Shown: positions 49,192 to 63,180, counted from the first letter of the whole stretch. The stretch: 63,405 bases of DNA, filler included, from Reclinomonas americana ATCC 50394 (GCA_048213135.1; 12 parts of 12 records of this genome joined end to end with filler, not necessarily neighbours in it); one strand, 5' to 3'. Notes: generated by a model from the letters alone, not told the origin. Translations and numbers: made by a program.

Positions 49192-49301
49192 ATTTCTGGT
49201 CGACTGCCGACCGCGACATTGCGAAGCAGTACGAGGAGGACCGACAGGCGTTCAACGAGCTGGCACGTGAATGCACTGCCAAGCACGCCATGAGCGCATA
49301 A
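49192..49301 (+). CDS. Final exon resembling the C-terminal helices of a ubiquitin-conjugating (E2/UBC) domain
   Basis: DFWSTADRDIAKQYEEDRQAFNELARECTAKHAMSA* resembles the UBC C-terminus (EIA..Y..DR..Y...AREWT.KYA). Confidence 0.7.
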
Positions 49302-49509
49302 GTCGATTTCGCGTGTTTCCAATGTTGCTGTTGTCTGTTTGTCTGTTGGTTTGGTTGTTTGGTGAGCGTGCGTGGTGCGTCGCTGATGTTGACCAGTGTA
49401 ATCCTCTATGCGTATTCTGTGTGCACCTCCTGTGTCACCACTGACGAGCACTTTATTTTTCTTTGTTCACCACCTCCACTCCACACCACACCACCACTCG
49501 CTGTTCGTC

Positions 49510-50826
49510 TCACGTCAGCGTCGTGGGATTCGTCGTCGTGGTCGTCGGCTGCGTGCCCGTACCCCACGTAATCGGAACGGTGGTCGCCGTGGTGCTCTGC
49601 TGCAGGGGAGCCGTCTTCTGCGTTTCCCAGGAAACCGGAACGCTCGAGGCCGACGTGCTGCCAGTAGTGCCCGTGGTCGTCGTCGTCGTGGTTGCCGTGG
49701 TTCCGGCAATCGGCGGCACCAGCATCTTGTCGCTCGTGTGCACCACCAGCACCTGTGTGCCACAAGGTGAGAAACAGCAACTTGCTGGAGTTCGTGTTTT
49801 TTTGAATGTACCGAGCACGGCGCGTGATGCACGATGTAGTCGCACGTGGTGCTGGTGAGAGGCAAGCGATTAGTGTGGTTCGAGGAATTGACAACACGCG
49901 CAGGAACATACCCCAGCATGCGGCGCAGCTTGCCTTCGCCGCCGTACCCGATGAGCAGAATGTCGATACTCTGCGTCTCGGCCGTGCGCAGCAGTGCATC
50001 GTTGGTGGGACCGACGGCCACCTGCACGAAATGGTGAGTTCGTGACTGACACACAGCGAAAGCCACTCGGACTCGAAAACCCAACAATAGTCGACACATG
50101 AATCGACTCCTTGGTGATCGACTGGTTCGCGAGGGACTATTGGGTGTGAGTTGAGAGTTTACGACAGAAATGATTGGCACAGTGGCAGACGAAACGTTGA
50201 GCACATACACGGCGCGCTGGAGTATGCGAGCCGCGTTTTCAGTGTCTGTGGTGCACCAGTCAGCTTCATGATAACTCTTTCCCCCCTTTTCCCAAGCACA
50301 GACCTTCGGAACTCGGCTCCGGTTCGTACTGCAGGCGCCAGATTCTTTGTGAGCACATACCACCAGCGACGACGCTGTATCGCACGCACTCACCGGATTC
50401 ACCGCCACGTCGTCGAGGTGGGTGACGGGGAAGTCGACGACCGGCGAGAAGAATCGGCCGAGCGCCTTGGTCGCCCGCGTCAACACATTGCCGGCCTCGT
50501 TCACCTCCTCGCCCACCTTGACGCCGGCTTTGGTGGCCGAGCTCTGGATGTGCAGCTGCGTCGCCTTGCCAGCCGGCACCGCCGTCGCCAGAATCACAGT
50601 ATCGCCTGCAGTGTTGTATTCAGCATAATGTACACGATCGGAGACCACTCTCTTCTCACCTGCCCGCGCCACGGTGCCCGCTCGCTCCACGGCAGCCAAC
50701 GAGGCGTCCGTGCCATCAACGCATACCTGCGAGATTCCGTGAGCTCAAACAAGAGAATCATTCCACCTGCATCGCCTCCTCTCTTGCTGACGCGCGCCCC
50801 TCCCCACAACACACCATCCAACGCAT
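49510..50826 (-). CDS. Universal stress protein (UspA family) with Thr-rich tail
   Basis: MRWM|VCVDGTDASLAAVERA...IDILLIGYGGEGKLRRMLG...CDYIVHHAPCS|VLVV. Confidence 0.85.
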
Positions 50827-51031
50827 TGCTTCTTGTTATTCCGATCGCAATCCGAACACCTTCTTGTTCACGTAGTTGTTGCTGCCGTGCGCTCCACAAG
50901 TGCCCAACAAACAAAGTCTGGCAAACAGTGAGGACTTGTCGCGACAAACAATGCATGCACTTTCTCGCCACAAACTGCAATCACATACTCAACGTTTCCT
51001 TTTTGTTGCGGATAGCAGAGAGCAAGAAGAG

Positions 51032-51873
51032 ATGCGCTACGTCATCGGCGTGGATGGTTCCCGCTACGCACGCAATGCGTTGATGCGAGTGGCACGACTG
51101 GCCAAAGACGGTCAGTGAAGTCGCACTCTCTCTGTCTCTCTCTCTGTCTCTCTCACACACTCGCACACAGGCGATCAGATCTGGCTCACTGCCGCCGTGC
51201 CCTACTACTACTTTGACGGCGAGGTCAGCGTGCGCACACACACTCTCACACACTCTCACACTCACACAAGACTCACACAGGCAGTGGACGCTGCTCTGAC
51301 CGTGGGCGCGGGCTTCTCAGGCGACGACTTTGACGGGCCCTTCCGCGACGAGATGGACCCCACTGCCAAGGCCGCAGCAGAGCGCATTCTCTCACAACAC
51401 AAGTGCACACTGGAGGTCCTCTCACACACACATACAGCTTCTCCGCGACTTCCGCTGCTCACTGTTGGTTGGTGGCACAGGAGGAGCTGCAGAAGCGCGA
51501 GGTCGGCACACACACTGATGTGTTCAAGGTCATGGCGGCGGGCGAGGCTCGAGAGGTTCTCATGTATGTCGCCAAGCATTTCCATGCGGATATCATTGTC
51601 GTGGGAACGCGAGGGCATAGCAAGCTCAAGCGAATGCTGCTCGGAAGGTCAACCTCTGTGTGCGAGCATGTGCTTTTCTCTGGTGCTTTGTGTGCTGCTG
51701 ACTTTGTGTGAGTGAGCAGCACGGCCACGTATTTGGTCAATCATGCAAAGACGGCGGTGCTGGTGGTCCGACCGGACGATGAGGGCGAGGGAGAGGGGGA
51801 GGAGGCAGAGGAGGATGCGCATGTGGTGTCCGTGGAGGCTGCAGAGAGGCAGACACTGGAAGAGCACAAGTGA
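51032..51873 (+). CDS. Universal stress protein (UspA family)
   Basis: MRYVIGVDGSRYARNAL...ADIIVVGTRGHSKLKRMLLGSTATYLVNHAKTAVLVVR. Confidence 0.92.
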
Positions 51874-51946
51874 TCTGTGTGAAGCGAATCTTTTTGAGAT
51901 TCCCCTGTGTTCGCATTTTTTTGTTAAGTCAGTGAGAGCAGAGAGG

Positions 51947-52788
51947 ATGACGCGCTTTATGGTGTGCATTGATGGCTCGGAGCACAGCTACCGCGGTGCA
52001 GTACACTGTGCACGACTGTGCAAAGAAGGTGCGGTCACAAACACACACGCGCGTAGAATGATCGTTTCCTTGCCTCATTGTTTGCGTCACAGGCGATCAC
52101 GTGTTGCTTGTCGAAACAGTGCGTTCCCTGCTTCTCTCTCTGTCTCCATCTGCGTGCGAGCTCACTGGTGACACAGGTAAAGACACCATCGCCACCTGTG
52201 TTCATGGGCGCCGCAATGGGACTCGGACCACTGCCAGAGGCCACTCTGGAGCCCGACACTGAAGGTGCGATCCGACTTGTCTTCCTCGCGATTGCCGCAC
52301 GAGCTGAGCATCATCGCGTGCAGATGTGGAAGCTGCAGAGAAGCACCTGCGCCACGCTGCTCATGTGATGCAACGGGAGCTGCCGGAGGGCCGGCATGTG
52401 CTGGTCTCGGAAAAGGTGTACCCGGCTGCGTCCTCCAAGGAGGTGCTGGTGTCGCTGGCCGAGTCGGAGAACATCGACGTTGTGGGTATGTGATGGGCGT
52501 AGTCTCTACTGCGCGTGCGTGTGTGTCACAGGCGAGTTGTGTGCAGTGGTTGGCACGCGAGGACGCGGGGCGATCAAGCGCGCCTTGTTGGTGAGATCTG
52601 CTTGCAATTGTGCGAAGTTGCTTGACAACTGATTCTCTCTTGTTGTAGGGGAGTGTTGCCGATTACCTGGCGACACACAGGTACGCAAGGAGGGGGCAGT
52701 GTGCGTGAGTGGGGCCGTCGACTAAACACCTCTGTGTCTTGCATGCAGTCCGTGCTCTGTCCTCGTCGTCCGTCCTGAGTCCGAGTGA
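51947..52788 (+). CDS. Universal stress protein (UspA family)
   Basis: MTRFMVCIDGSEHSYRG...IDVVVVGTRGRGAIKRALLGSVADYLATHSPCSVLVVR. Confidence 0.92.
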
Positions 52789-52860
52789 GCAACGAAGAGG
52801 AGGAGCGCACACCGCTCTGTTGTTTTTCTTATTGTAAAACGCACCCCCTTGCAACGCACC

Positions 52861-54622
<1,762 letters not shown>

Positions 54623-54670
54623 AAATCCTTTTCTTGCATTTGTTTGTCGATATTTCATTAGTTAACAGAT

Positions 54671-57600
54671 TCATTCGCCGTGCATCTCGGCCTCCGTGCC
54701 GTCGCTCCGGAGCTCCACCGCTCCCTCGCTCGACGGCTCACCCATTTCCTTGTCAACCGCATCCTCCTCCTCCTCCATCTCCTCATCCTCTTCGTCCACC
54801 TTTTCGCCCGCCGCCCGCCGTCTCTTCAAGTCGAGTTCCGCGGTCTGCTGCCGGCCGCGAGAGCGCGCACCGGCGAGTTCCTCGATCGCCACCCGCCGAA
54901 TAACATCAAAATCGACGTTGGTGTGCTTGCCCCAGAACTCGCACCGGCCCCACTCGGCCCACGAATGCTGCTTCGTCGCAATTCCGTGCATGATGCGGGC
55001 CACTCCGCGACCCGTGGTCACCGACGTGCTGAAGCGGAACACAAACACGCGCACGTCGCCGCGCACCACGCTCAACAGCGACGGGCTGACGTTCAGTAAG
55101 GTCGCCGCCAATGCCGGCGTTTCGCGTGCACCGAGCGGCGTCTCGTTGGTAAAGTACTCGTCCAGCAGCGGCAACACGTCTCCGCCGGCATCGTCGCCGT
55201 CGGCCGCCGCCGCCGCCGCAAGGTTCGACAGCACGTGCCACACGTGATCGACACGCGCGACTCGCGTACGGTGCACCTCGGTCAGCCGCTCGCTGACCAC
55301 ACGGTACGCCGCCTCCACATCGCCACTGCCGACATCGCTGCGGACCATTACACACAGCGCCTCGCCGGCAAACTCGAGACTGATGACGCGCTGCACGCGG
55401 AGGTCGCTGAGCTCGCGCACCACGTCAGCAGTGCTGATGCCCAGCACCTCGGCCAAGTGGCCCACATCCACATGCATGCGGTTGTTGACGGTGGTGGCCA
55501 GCGTCGCCACCGCACCCAACAGCGGGTACTTGTCGCACACGTCGGCCGTCAGCTCCTTGAACGAGTTGATCTGCGCCGTGGCACACACGCGTGGCTGCAG
55601 GCGCACTTTGGCCTCCGGCTGCGCCTCCAGCAACGACAAGGCCGTCTCCGCCACCTCCGGCTTCATATCAAACTGCCGCTCCACCGTCTCCACGTTCAAG
55701 CTGCGCTCGAACGCTGTACCCTCGTCGGCCAGCGGATCGACCTCGTCGTGCAGGCGACGAGGCGCCAACACGGCCTGCACAAANNNNNNNNNNNNNNNNN
55801 NNNNNNNNNNNNNNNNNNNNNNNNNNNTTAATTAATTAANNNNNNNNNNNNNNNNNNNNNNNNNNNNNNNNNNNNNNNNNNNNCTTGCGGATGCAAGTCT
55901 CGTCGACCGTGTCGGAGAAGGCCAGACTGCGCAGCATGTAAAAATCGTCCTTGGTGATGAAGACGTGCGCAAACGCATCCTGTCCATCGCGACCGGCGCG
56001 CCCCACCTGCACGCACGCACCCACGAGTCGGTGTGACGAATCGAGGAGCACATGACGAGACCAACGACCATCACCCACCTCCTGCACATAGCTCTCCACA
56101 CTGCGCGGCAGTCGGTGGTGCACCACAACACGCAAGTCGGGCTTGTCGAGGCCCATGCCGAACGCCACCGTCGCCACCACGATGCGCAGCGAGCCACGCA
56201 TAAAGTCGTTTTGTACACGCTCACGCCGCTTGGCATCCATGCCCGAATAGTACGCCTCGGCTTGGAAACCGGCAGAGACCAGCGCCCGCACTACGTCGTC
56301 TGCGTCCTTCTTGAACAGCACATACACAATGACACCGCCTGCGTCGCGTGGCTATGAGTGAGATGAAATGCACGGACAGGAGGAGCAGCATTCACGTCAC
56401 CTTTCAGGGCCGCAATGTTGGGACGACGCAGGAACGCGACAACCGCCGTGGTGGGATTCGAGGTTTGCGAGGCCGACAGGTGCAAGTTGGAGCGGATGAG
56501 CGGCACGCGCACCGTTCGCTGCAGCTCCAGTGCGTCGCACACACTACACATGTCGATCAGCAAAAAGGCACGACAAGATGATGAGAAGGGACAACAACAA
56601 ACCTGCGCTCCGTTTGCACGTTCGCAGTGCCCGACAGCGCCAGCACGAGTGACACGTCGAGCGCACGCAGCGCACAATGCAACCGCAGGTACGAGGGACG
56701 GAAGTTGTGCGACCACTCCGACATGCAGTGTGCCTCGTCGACGCACACAAACAGCGGCAAACCGACTTCGCTCAGTCCGCGCAGGAACGGTGCCGACAGC
56801 ATGCGCTCGGGTGACACAAACAGAATGCGGATGCCCTCCAGGCGCACGCGATCCAGCAGTTCCTTGACCTTGTTTGGCGGCTGCGTGTGCGCATGTGTGA
56901 GAAGAGAGAAGAGTGACGAGGTGCGTGGATGAGCGGCGATGCTTACCAGCCGCCCGCTGAGAGCCAGAGCCGGCAGCGTGCTCGGCAAGTGCGCCAGCTG
57001 ATCTTGCATGATGGAAATGAGCGGGCTGATGACTACTGTGAGACCCGGCAACAAGAGCGCCGGCAGCTGATAGCAGAGCGATTTGCCGCCGCCAGTCGGC
57101 AGCACCGCAAACGTCGACTCGCCACGCAGCAGGCTGCTGATAATGTCCAACTGGCCCGGTCGCCACGATTCGTGCCCAAAGTGCTTGTGCACGACCTGCA
57201 CGGCATTGGAATGAGCGACCACGAGGCTACTACAAAGACACGGAATCGTGTGCGGACCTCCAACAAGGCCGCCGAATCGGCATAGCGCTCCGACATGGAC
57301 TCGAACACCGCCTCAGTGTAGCGAAGGCTCGCGAGACCGAGAGCGGCAGCCGACTCCTCGTCCACCACCATGTCTGTGACCGCAATGGCAGCCTCCTCGC
57401 CGCCCATACTGGATGTTCCGGTCGACGCTGCCGCCACTGCGGCTGCCGACGTCGAGTTGAACAGTGTGCCCTTCTCCTGGTCGACGGCCAGTCGTGCCCG
57501 GACACCGTGCTTGCGATCGAACGATGACGACCACGAGACGGAGCGGTAGGTGCCGGAGGAGCTGCGGAAGCCACGGCGACCGCGATTCCGACCGGGAATG

Positions 57601-59456
57601 TTTAGGCGCTTGAAATTGGAGCAGCCGGTGCCGCCCACATTCGATTTCTTCTTGCTGTTGCCAGTGGTGCCCGATGCCGCCGCCGAGGCAAACTGGTGAC
57701 GTGGAAAGTGAATTGAGTGTGCAAGGAAAGAGAGCGAGAAAGAGAGAAAAGGAACAAAGTGCCGCACCACTCCACCCAAAGCACGCCGCCTCCTCAATTC
57801 GGCCAACTCCTCAATCGTCATCGGCCCACGTACTCTCTCTTCCCCGACCTTGCCTGCTGACGGCGCGAGTCGCGGTGACAACAGCGACTCCAGCTCACCA
57901 GCCTCGAGGGAGTCCACCATTTCCGCAAACGGCGACGGTCGATGCGAGGAGGCCACACTCGGCGAGAAGGCGAACCCGGGCTGCATCAGCAGCGACGGCG
58001 ACGGCGGTACCATGTACTCAGCAGCGTGTCGCGGCACTGGTCTCATGACGCTGTCTCTTGCCGCCACAAGACCACCACCCTCGTCACCGTCGTCGTCGTC
58101 GTCGTCACCATCCATCGACACCACGGCAGTTGTCGCGACGGGCAGTTGGAGTGGCGGTGGTCGTGGACGCTCCGGACGCAGCGGCAACAACTCGGGACTC
58201 GCTCCTCCATGCTCCACCATTCCATCCTCATCCTCCTCGTCTTCGTCATCAATCACCTCGGGCACCTCGACGACCGCCGGTCGCGCACTCGACGACAACG
58301 GGGCAGCGGGGAACTTGACTGGCGAGGTGAGGAAACCGACGGCGCCCTGCGACGATGACGTGGAGAAGCCGCACGACAACCTGCGTTCCAACAAGTGACG
58401 GTGAGAGTCGGCGGGTACTTGTGTGTGTGCGTGGAGTGAGCGTAACTTGGCCATCCGCGTGCCCTCCTCATCCTCACCGAACAGGAATCCAGTCGCCTGC
58501 GCCTGCGCCGTCGGTGCGCGTGCCGCAGGTGGTGGCGGTGGTGGTGGTGGTTGTGGTGGTGGTTGTGTTGGAGCACGTGCAGCCGGCGCTGAGGTCTTCG
58601 ACAACGATGACGACGAGAGCGACGCGGCGTCAAAAGTCGACTGCGGAACCCAACCGCCGGCACTCTTCTTGCCCTTGCGCTTGCGCGACTTTTGGTCCAC
58701 CAGCACGTCGGCAAACGACGAGGAGAGCGACTTGGACGAGAGAGGTGTGCCAGGTGTTGTCGGCGTCGGTGACGGTGAACCGAAAGCGGCGGCGGCGGCG
58801 GCGGCGGCCGCCGCCGTTGATGATGATGACGACGATGATAATGGTGTCGGTGGAAACATGTTGAGAAAGCCCGACAAGCCCGTGGGTGTCGCGTCACCAG
58901 TGCGCCGTCGTTTCACTTGCGAGCCGAGTGTCGACGGCGCCGAGGCCGACGACAGCGAGCGCGACGACGCGTCCACCGCATGCACCGACACGAGGAAGGA
59001 GGCGGGATTGGAGAGACCACTACCACCCACTCCGCCCACGCCACCGCGCGACAGCGAGAACGAGGAGGCGGAGGACGATAGAGAGGTGGGCGTGGTGTTG
59101 CCGAGCCGCCGCGCCTCCAACACACTGCTGCTGTCGTTGCTGTACTCGCGCTTCCTCCCGGCCAGTTGCGTCACTGCGGTCACTGTTGTCGTCGTTCCCT
59201 CTGTGCTCTTTCGCAAGTGCTCCTTTAGCTTGCGGTACCGCCGACTCACCGCCGCTGCGCGATGCCACAGTGAGTGCGCGCGCGGAGAGAGAGAGAGACA
59301 AGAGGTGTGCGAGGATGCGCAACAAATGGCGGCATTCTGACGAAAGTCATTGTTCTCCGGCATGCGACCGTGCTGCTCGCGGAACTCACGCTCCCACTGC
59401 TTGAGTGCCTTGCGCAGGTCGACCATCTCCTGCCGATGCGACATGCCGCCCTCCAT
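54671..59456 (-). CDS. RECQL4: RecQ4 helicase with Sld2-like N-terminus, spanning a gap
   Basis: N-terminal LRKALKQWEREFREQHGRMP...YRKLK. Helicase motifs LPTGGGKSLCYQ, VDEAHCMSEWSHNFRPSY, ATVAFGMGLDKPD, YVQEVGRAGRDG. Confidence 0.92.
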
Positions 59457-59492
59457 CTCTACTCTCTCACACGAGGGTTGGCAATGATTTGT

Positions 59493-59520
59493 GGCGGGAA
59501 GACAAACTCGCGCGCCAAAA
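59493..59520 (-). promoter_or_regulatory. Two E2F/DP-like sites upstream of RECQL4
   Basis: TTCCCGCC (59500-59493) and TTTTGGCGCG (59520-59511) on the minus strand, within ~65 nt of the ATG. Confidence 0.55.
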
Positions 59521-59537
59521 CACAATCTTCACCAAGC

Positions 59538-59799
59538 ATGGGGTGAGCGCACCAGGCGATCTGCGTGTCCCTCATCGCTGCTCACTCTCCTCTGTGTCTC
59601 TGTGCACAGTGACGCACAGCATCCGTCGCGTCTGCGCTCATTCGTGGTGGACTTTCTCTTGCCTGTGCTGCTCATGGTGGCAGTGGGCGCGCTGCTCAGC
59701 TACGCAGCCTATCTGTATCCCATGAGTGCCATGGCCGTGCTGGTGGCGCTCATCTGCCTTGGTGGCTGGCTCAATCGTCGCCATTCAGCGCATCACTGA
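59538..59799 (+). CDS. 64-aa two-TM membrane microprotein
   Basis: ATG GG|intron|T GAC gives MGDAQHPSRLRSFVVDFLLPVLLMVAVGALLSYAAYLYPMSAMAVLVALICLGGWLNRRHSAHH*. Confidence 0.65.
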
Positions 59800-59803
59800 T
59801 TGT

Positions 59804-59826
59804 GGCGGGAAAGTGGGTTTCGCGCC
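59804..59826 (+). promoter_or_regulatory. Two E2F/DP consensus sites upstream of CDC6
   Basis: GGCGGGAAA (reverse complement TTTCCCGCC) at 59804-59812 and TTTCGCGCC at 59818-59826; ATG at 59862. Confidence 0.65.
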
Positions 59827-59861
59827 TCGCGAGCGGGGGTTTGCCACAATCACTTTTACAA

Positions 59862-61128
59862 ATGCCCAAGCGCGCACGGACCATTGACTTTGTCGGTGAG
59901 TGGAACGCTATATATGTGCCTGTTTCGTCTGCGTGGACTCACTCTCTCCCTTGACAGCGATCAAGCCGAAGCGACAGCGTGTGCGTGATGCGTGTGATGG
60001 ATTGATCAAGGAGGAAACGTGTGAAAAGGTGCCTCCGCCTTCGCCTGTTGCACGTGCGCGGCGACGATGTGTGACTGCGACGGCGGCGGTGGCGGCGATG
60101 GAGGAGGAGGAGAGCACACCGGCGGTGCAAGGTCGGTCAAAGTGTGTGTGTGCGTGTGCGTGTGTGACCATGTCTTGGTGGCTGACAGCACTGTGCGCGC
60201 GCGCTCGTGCGTCTGTGTGTGAGCAGAGAGCTGTGCTATGGAGACGACAACGACAACAACAACGTCGATCACGACGCCGGCGCCGACAACGACATGCGAC
60301 ATGAGTCCGGAAGGTGCAGTTGCCATGTGCTTTCGGCAATGATTAGTCGTGGTGTTTGTGCGTGCGTACTGACTTTCTCTCTCTCTCTCTCTCTCTGCCT
60401 CGCTTGTTTTGCTGTGTGTGTTGCAGAGATGATGCGAAGAGTACGCGAGTTGCTGCATACGTCGTTTGTGCCGCCGGATGCGTGGCGTCAGGGTTTGCCA
60501 TGCCGACAACGTGAATTTGCCGCCGTGTGCGATTTTGTACGGGAATGCATTGCGCGGCAAAGTGGCGGTGCGCTGTACGTGGCGGGTCTCCCGGGCACGG
60601 GCAAGACGGCGACAGTGACGGCGGCGTGTGAATCACTCGGACGCAGTTTGCGAAAGGCGAGTGACCAATTTTCCTTGTGCTGCAGCGCCTCTCGCCACCC
60701 GATGCGCATGCAAACCGAGTTGTCGTTTGCTGACCTTTTAAAAANNNNNNNNNNNNNNNNNNNNNNNNNNNNNNNNNNNNNNNNNNNNTTAATTAATTAA
60801 NNNNNNNNNNNNNNNNNNNNNNNNNNNNNNNNNNNNNNNNNNNNCCGACTGCGGTCTGCTGCAGATGCGCGATCCATCGTCGTCGTCATCCAGCAATGCG
60901 GGTGGACGACGGAATGGTGGTGGCGTGGCGGCGGCAGCGGTGGCTGCCAGGAGCTTCAAATCTACACAACAGCGGAGACCGGAAGATCGCCTCGTGCGAC
61001 TCAGCCTCTCGGTGGACGAAGTGGCTGTGCTGCTGGGTGAGACCTCGGGACACCTCAATTATGTGCTGCAAGGGCAGCAGGCGGTGGTGGACCGCGACCC
61101 GCTGTGGAAGCTCGATGCGAGGAAATGA
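59862..61128 (+). CDS. CDC6: Cdc6/Orc1-family AAA+ replication initiator (most likely Cdc6), spanning a gap
   Basis: Short N-terminus without BAH domain (MPKRARTIDF...); LPCRQREFAAVCDFV...GGALYVAGLPGTGKTATV; post-gap winged-helix-like RLVRLSLSVDEVAVLL. Orc1 is not excluded. Confidence 0.75.
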
Positions 61129-61184
61129 ATGAAATTGCACTTGTTTACGGCTGAAAACGAAGGAACAAAAGAAAGAGAAGAGAG

Positions 61185-62634
61185 ATGGGCAACACCAAGT
61201 CCAAGCCGCGGCCGACGTTTTCGCTGCACGCGGTGGTCGAGAAGATCGGGCAGGCCAACAGCTTCTCCAGCAAGTACCACGGTTGGTGCATGCACGCGCA
61301 CATTCCTAGCTCCACTCCTGTCCACTCATTCTCGCACACTCTCACACAGTGGATGCGGTGGTGAGCGAGTACTGGACGTTTGACCTGTGGTGGCGGGAGC
61401 AGCCGAGTTGCGCACGCGCGTCTGTTTGCGCATCACGGCGCATGTGTTTGATTCTGACATCAAGAACGCTTGTGTAACACAGTGGGTCTCTTCCCGGTGG
61501 AGCGTGCCGCCGTGTCGGCAGACGACGATCCCGCTGTTCCGTTTGACCCAGCACCCGAGAACCTGGTTCTGTTGCGTGTGCATCATCATCATCGTGTCAC
61601 CTAATCATGACTGCCACTGACCTGGTGACGCGGACAGGCCGACAATGGACGGCGCGCAGCTGGCCTCGTCCACGGTGCCTCGCAGTCGGTTACCTCCGTC
61701 TCCATCGCGCTCCGCTGCTGGCTCCTCGTCGACGACGGTGAGTGCGTCGGCGGCTGGCGGCAGTTCGTCGGCTCCGTCGTCGGCCACCTCGTCGCCCGCC
61801 AAGTCGGTGGTGTCGCTGGAGGTGGACGAGAGCAGCGAGTACCTGCGACGTGCGCACCGCGCGGAGCACTATGCGCAGCGGGCGTCGACGGTGATGTACA
61901 GCGGCGATGCGTCGTCGCTTCCGTCCTCGGCGGCACCGACTGCAGCAGCTGGTGGTGGTGGAGGACCTTCTGCCGCAGCGGCGGGAACAACAACAGGAGG
62001 AGCATCGGCGACGGCGACGGCTTCGGCAGCGGCACCGTCGGCATCGCCGTTCGCGGCCATTGCCTCACGAGTGACGATGACTGGTGGTGCGGCGGCGACG
62101 GCAGCACCGACGACGATACGACCGGAGCTGGAGGCGTGGCTGTTGCGACCAATTCTCGACGAGTGGCGACTGGAGTCGACGCACGAGGCACTGTCGCCGA
62201 GTCAGATGGAGCGATTGCGCATCTCGGCACGCTTGGTGCACTCGAGCGGCGCGGAGCGCGAGCGTCGTGTGCTCACCTGGAGCGCGTTTTATCGCGTGTT
62301 GGAGATGCTGCAGGCGTCGCTGTGCATGCTCAACCCGTCGGCTCCCGAGATTCAGGTCGCCGAGGCTGAGGAGTGTTGCATCTGCATGGAGCGCCGCTGC
62401 GACGTGGTGTTGGGTCCGTGCCGGCACGCTTTTTGTTACCAGTGTGCCAAGGCGTGGAGCCAGAAGCACTTTAGCACGTGTCCGCTGTGCCGCCGACGAA
62501 TGCAGGTGGACTCGCCGGATACGTGGGAAATGCCGGCGCCGCCCACCGTGGCCGAGTCATTGGTGATTGTTGCCGAGCTCATTCGCACGGGCGGTAATGC
62601 AGGAGGTGGAGGTGGTGGGGGGACGCGAAGATAA
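61185..62634 (+). CDS. RNF141: RING-HC E3 ligase, RNF141-like, with N-myristoylation motif
   Basis: MGNTKS start; EECCICMERRCDVVLGPCRHAFCYQCAKAWSQKHFSTCPLCR...DTWEMPAPP. Confidence 0.75.
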
Positions 62635-63180
62635 CCGTAGTTTGAAGTACCATATTACATGACGCCATGTCGTTTACTCTGCTGGGTTTGCAACCACCCC
62701 GTCCACCACGGCGTCTTTGCATGCACCGCGCTGCAGGAGTCAAATCTGATATTGCAATTGTCCAGTGGCGTGAACTGGGAAAGAAGACCCGTAGATCTAC
62801 TTCTACAGATCCCTGCAGCGAGGAGGAAGCCCTTTATCAGCACGAGACAGCCCGTGGCCAGCTTGCAGTTCTATTTTTACCTTTGCTTCGATATTTCCCA
62901 GCTGCAAGCGCACATCCGGTCCGTGCCTTTGCCGGCCTGCTGTACCGGGCCGTCGCCGTCGTCCCTCGTGATTCTCACGACGACCGTTGTGGAAACAGAG
63001 CGAGAAAAAATAGAACCTTCGAGCGGGCCCAAGTGGTCGATTGTCCCGCCCGGCCGCGAGCATCCGGACCGCGGATTGCGCCTTTCACTCACAATTGCGG
63101 CTGTTTTACACGCACGCACCACTTCACACCAAAAGCTCGGGGTTTTCCTTTAACCACACACTCAGTGTTTGCTAATCGAC

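Noticed and set aside
62655..63150. Overlapping ORFs between RNF141-like and the Ras-family gene
   Set aside because: No recognisable domain or consistent exon structure in any frame.
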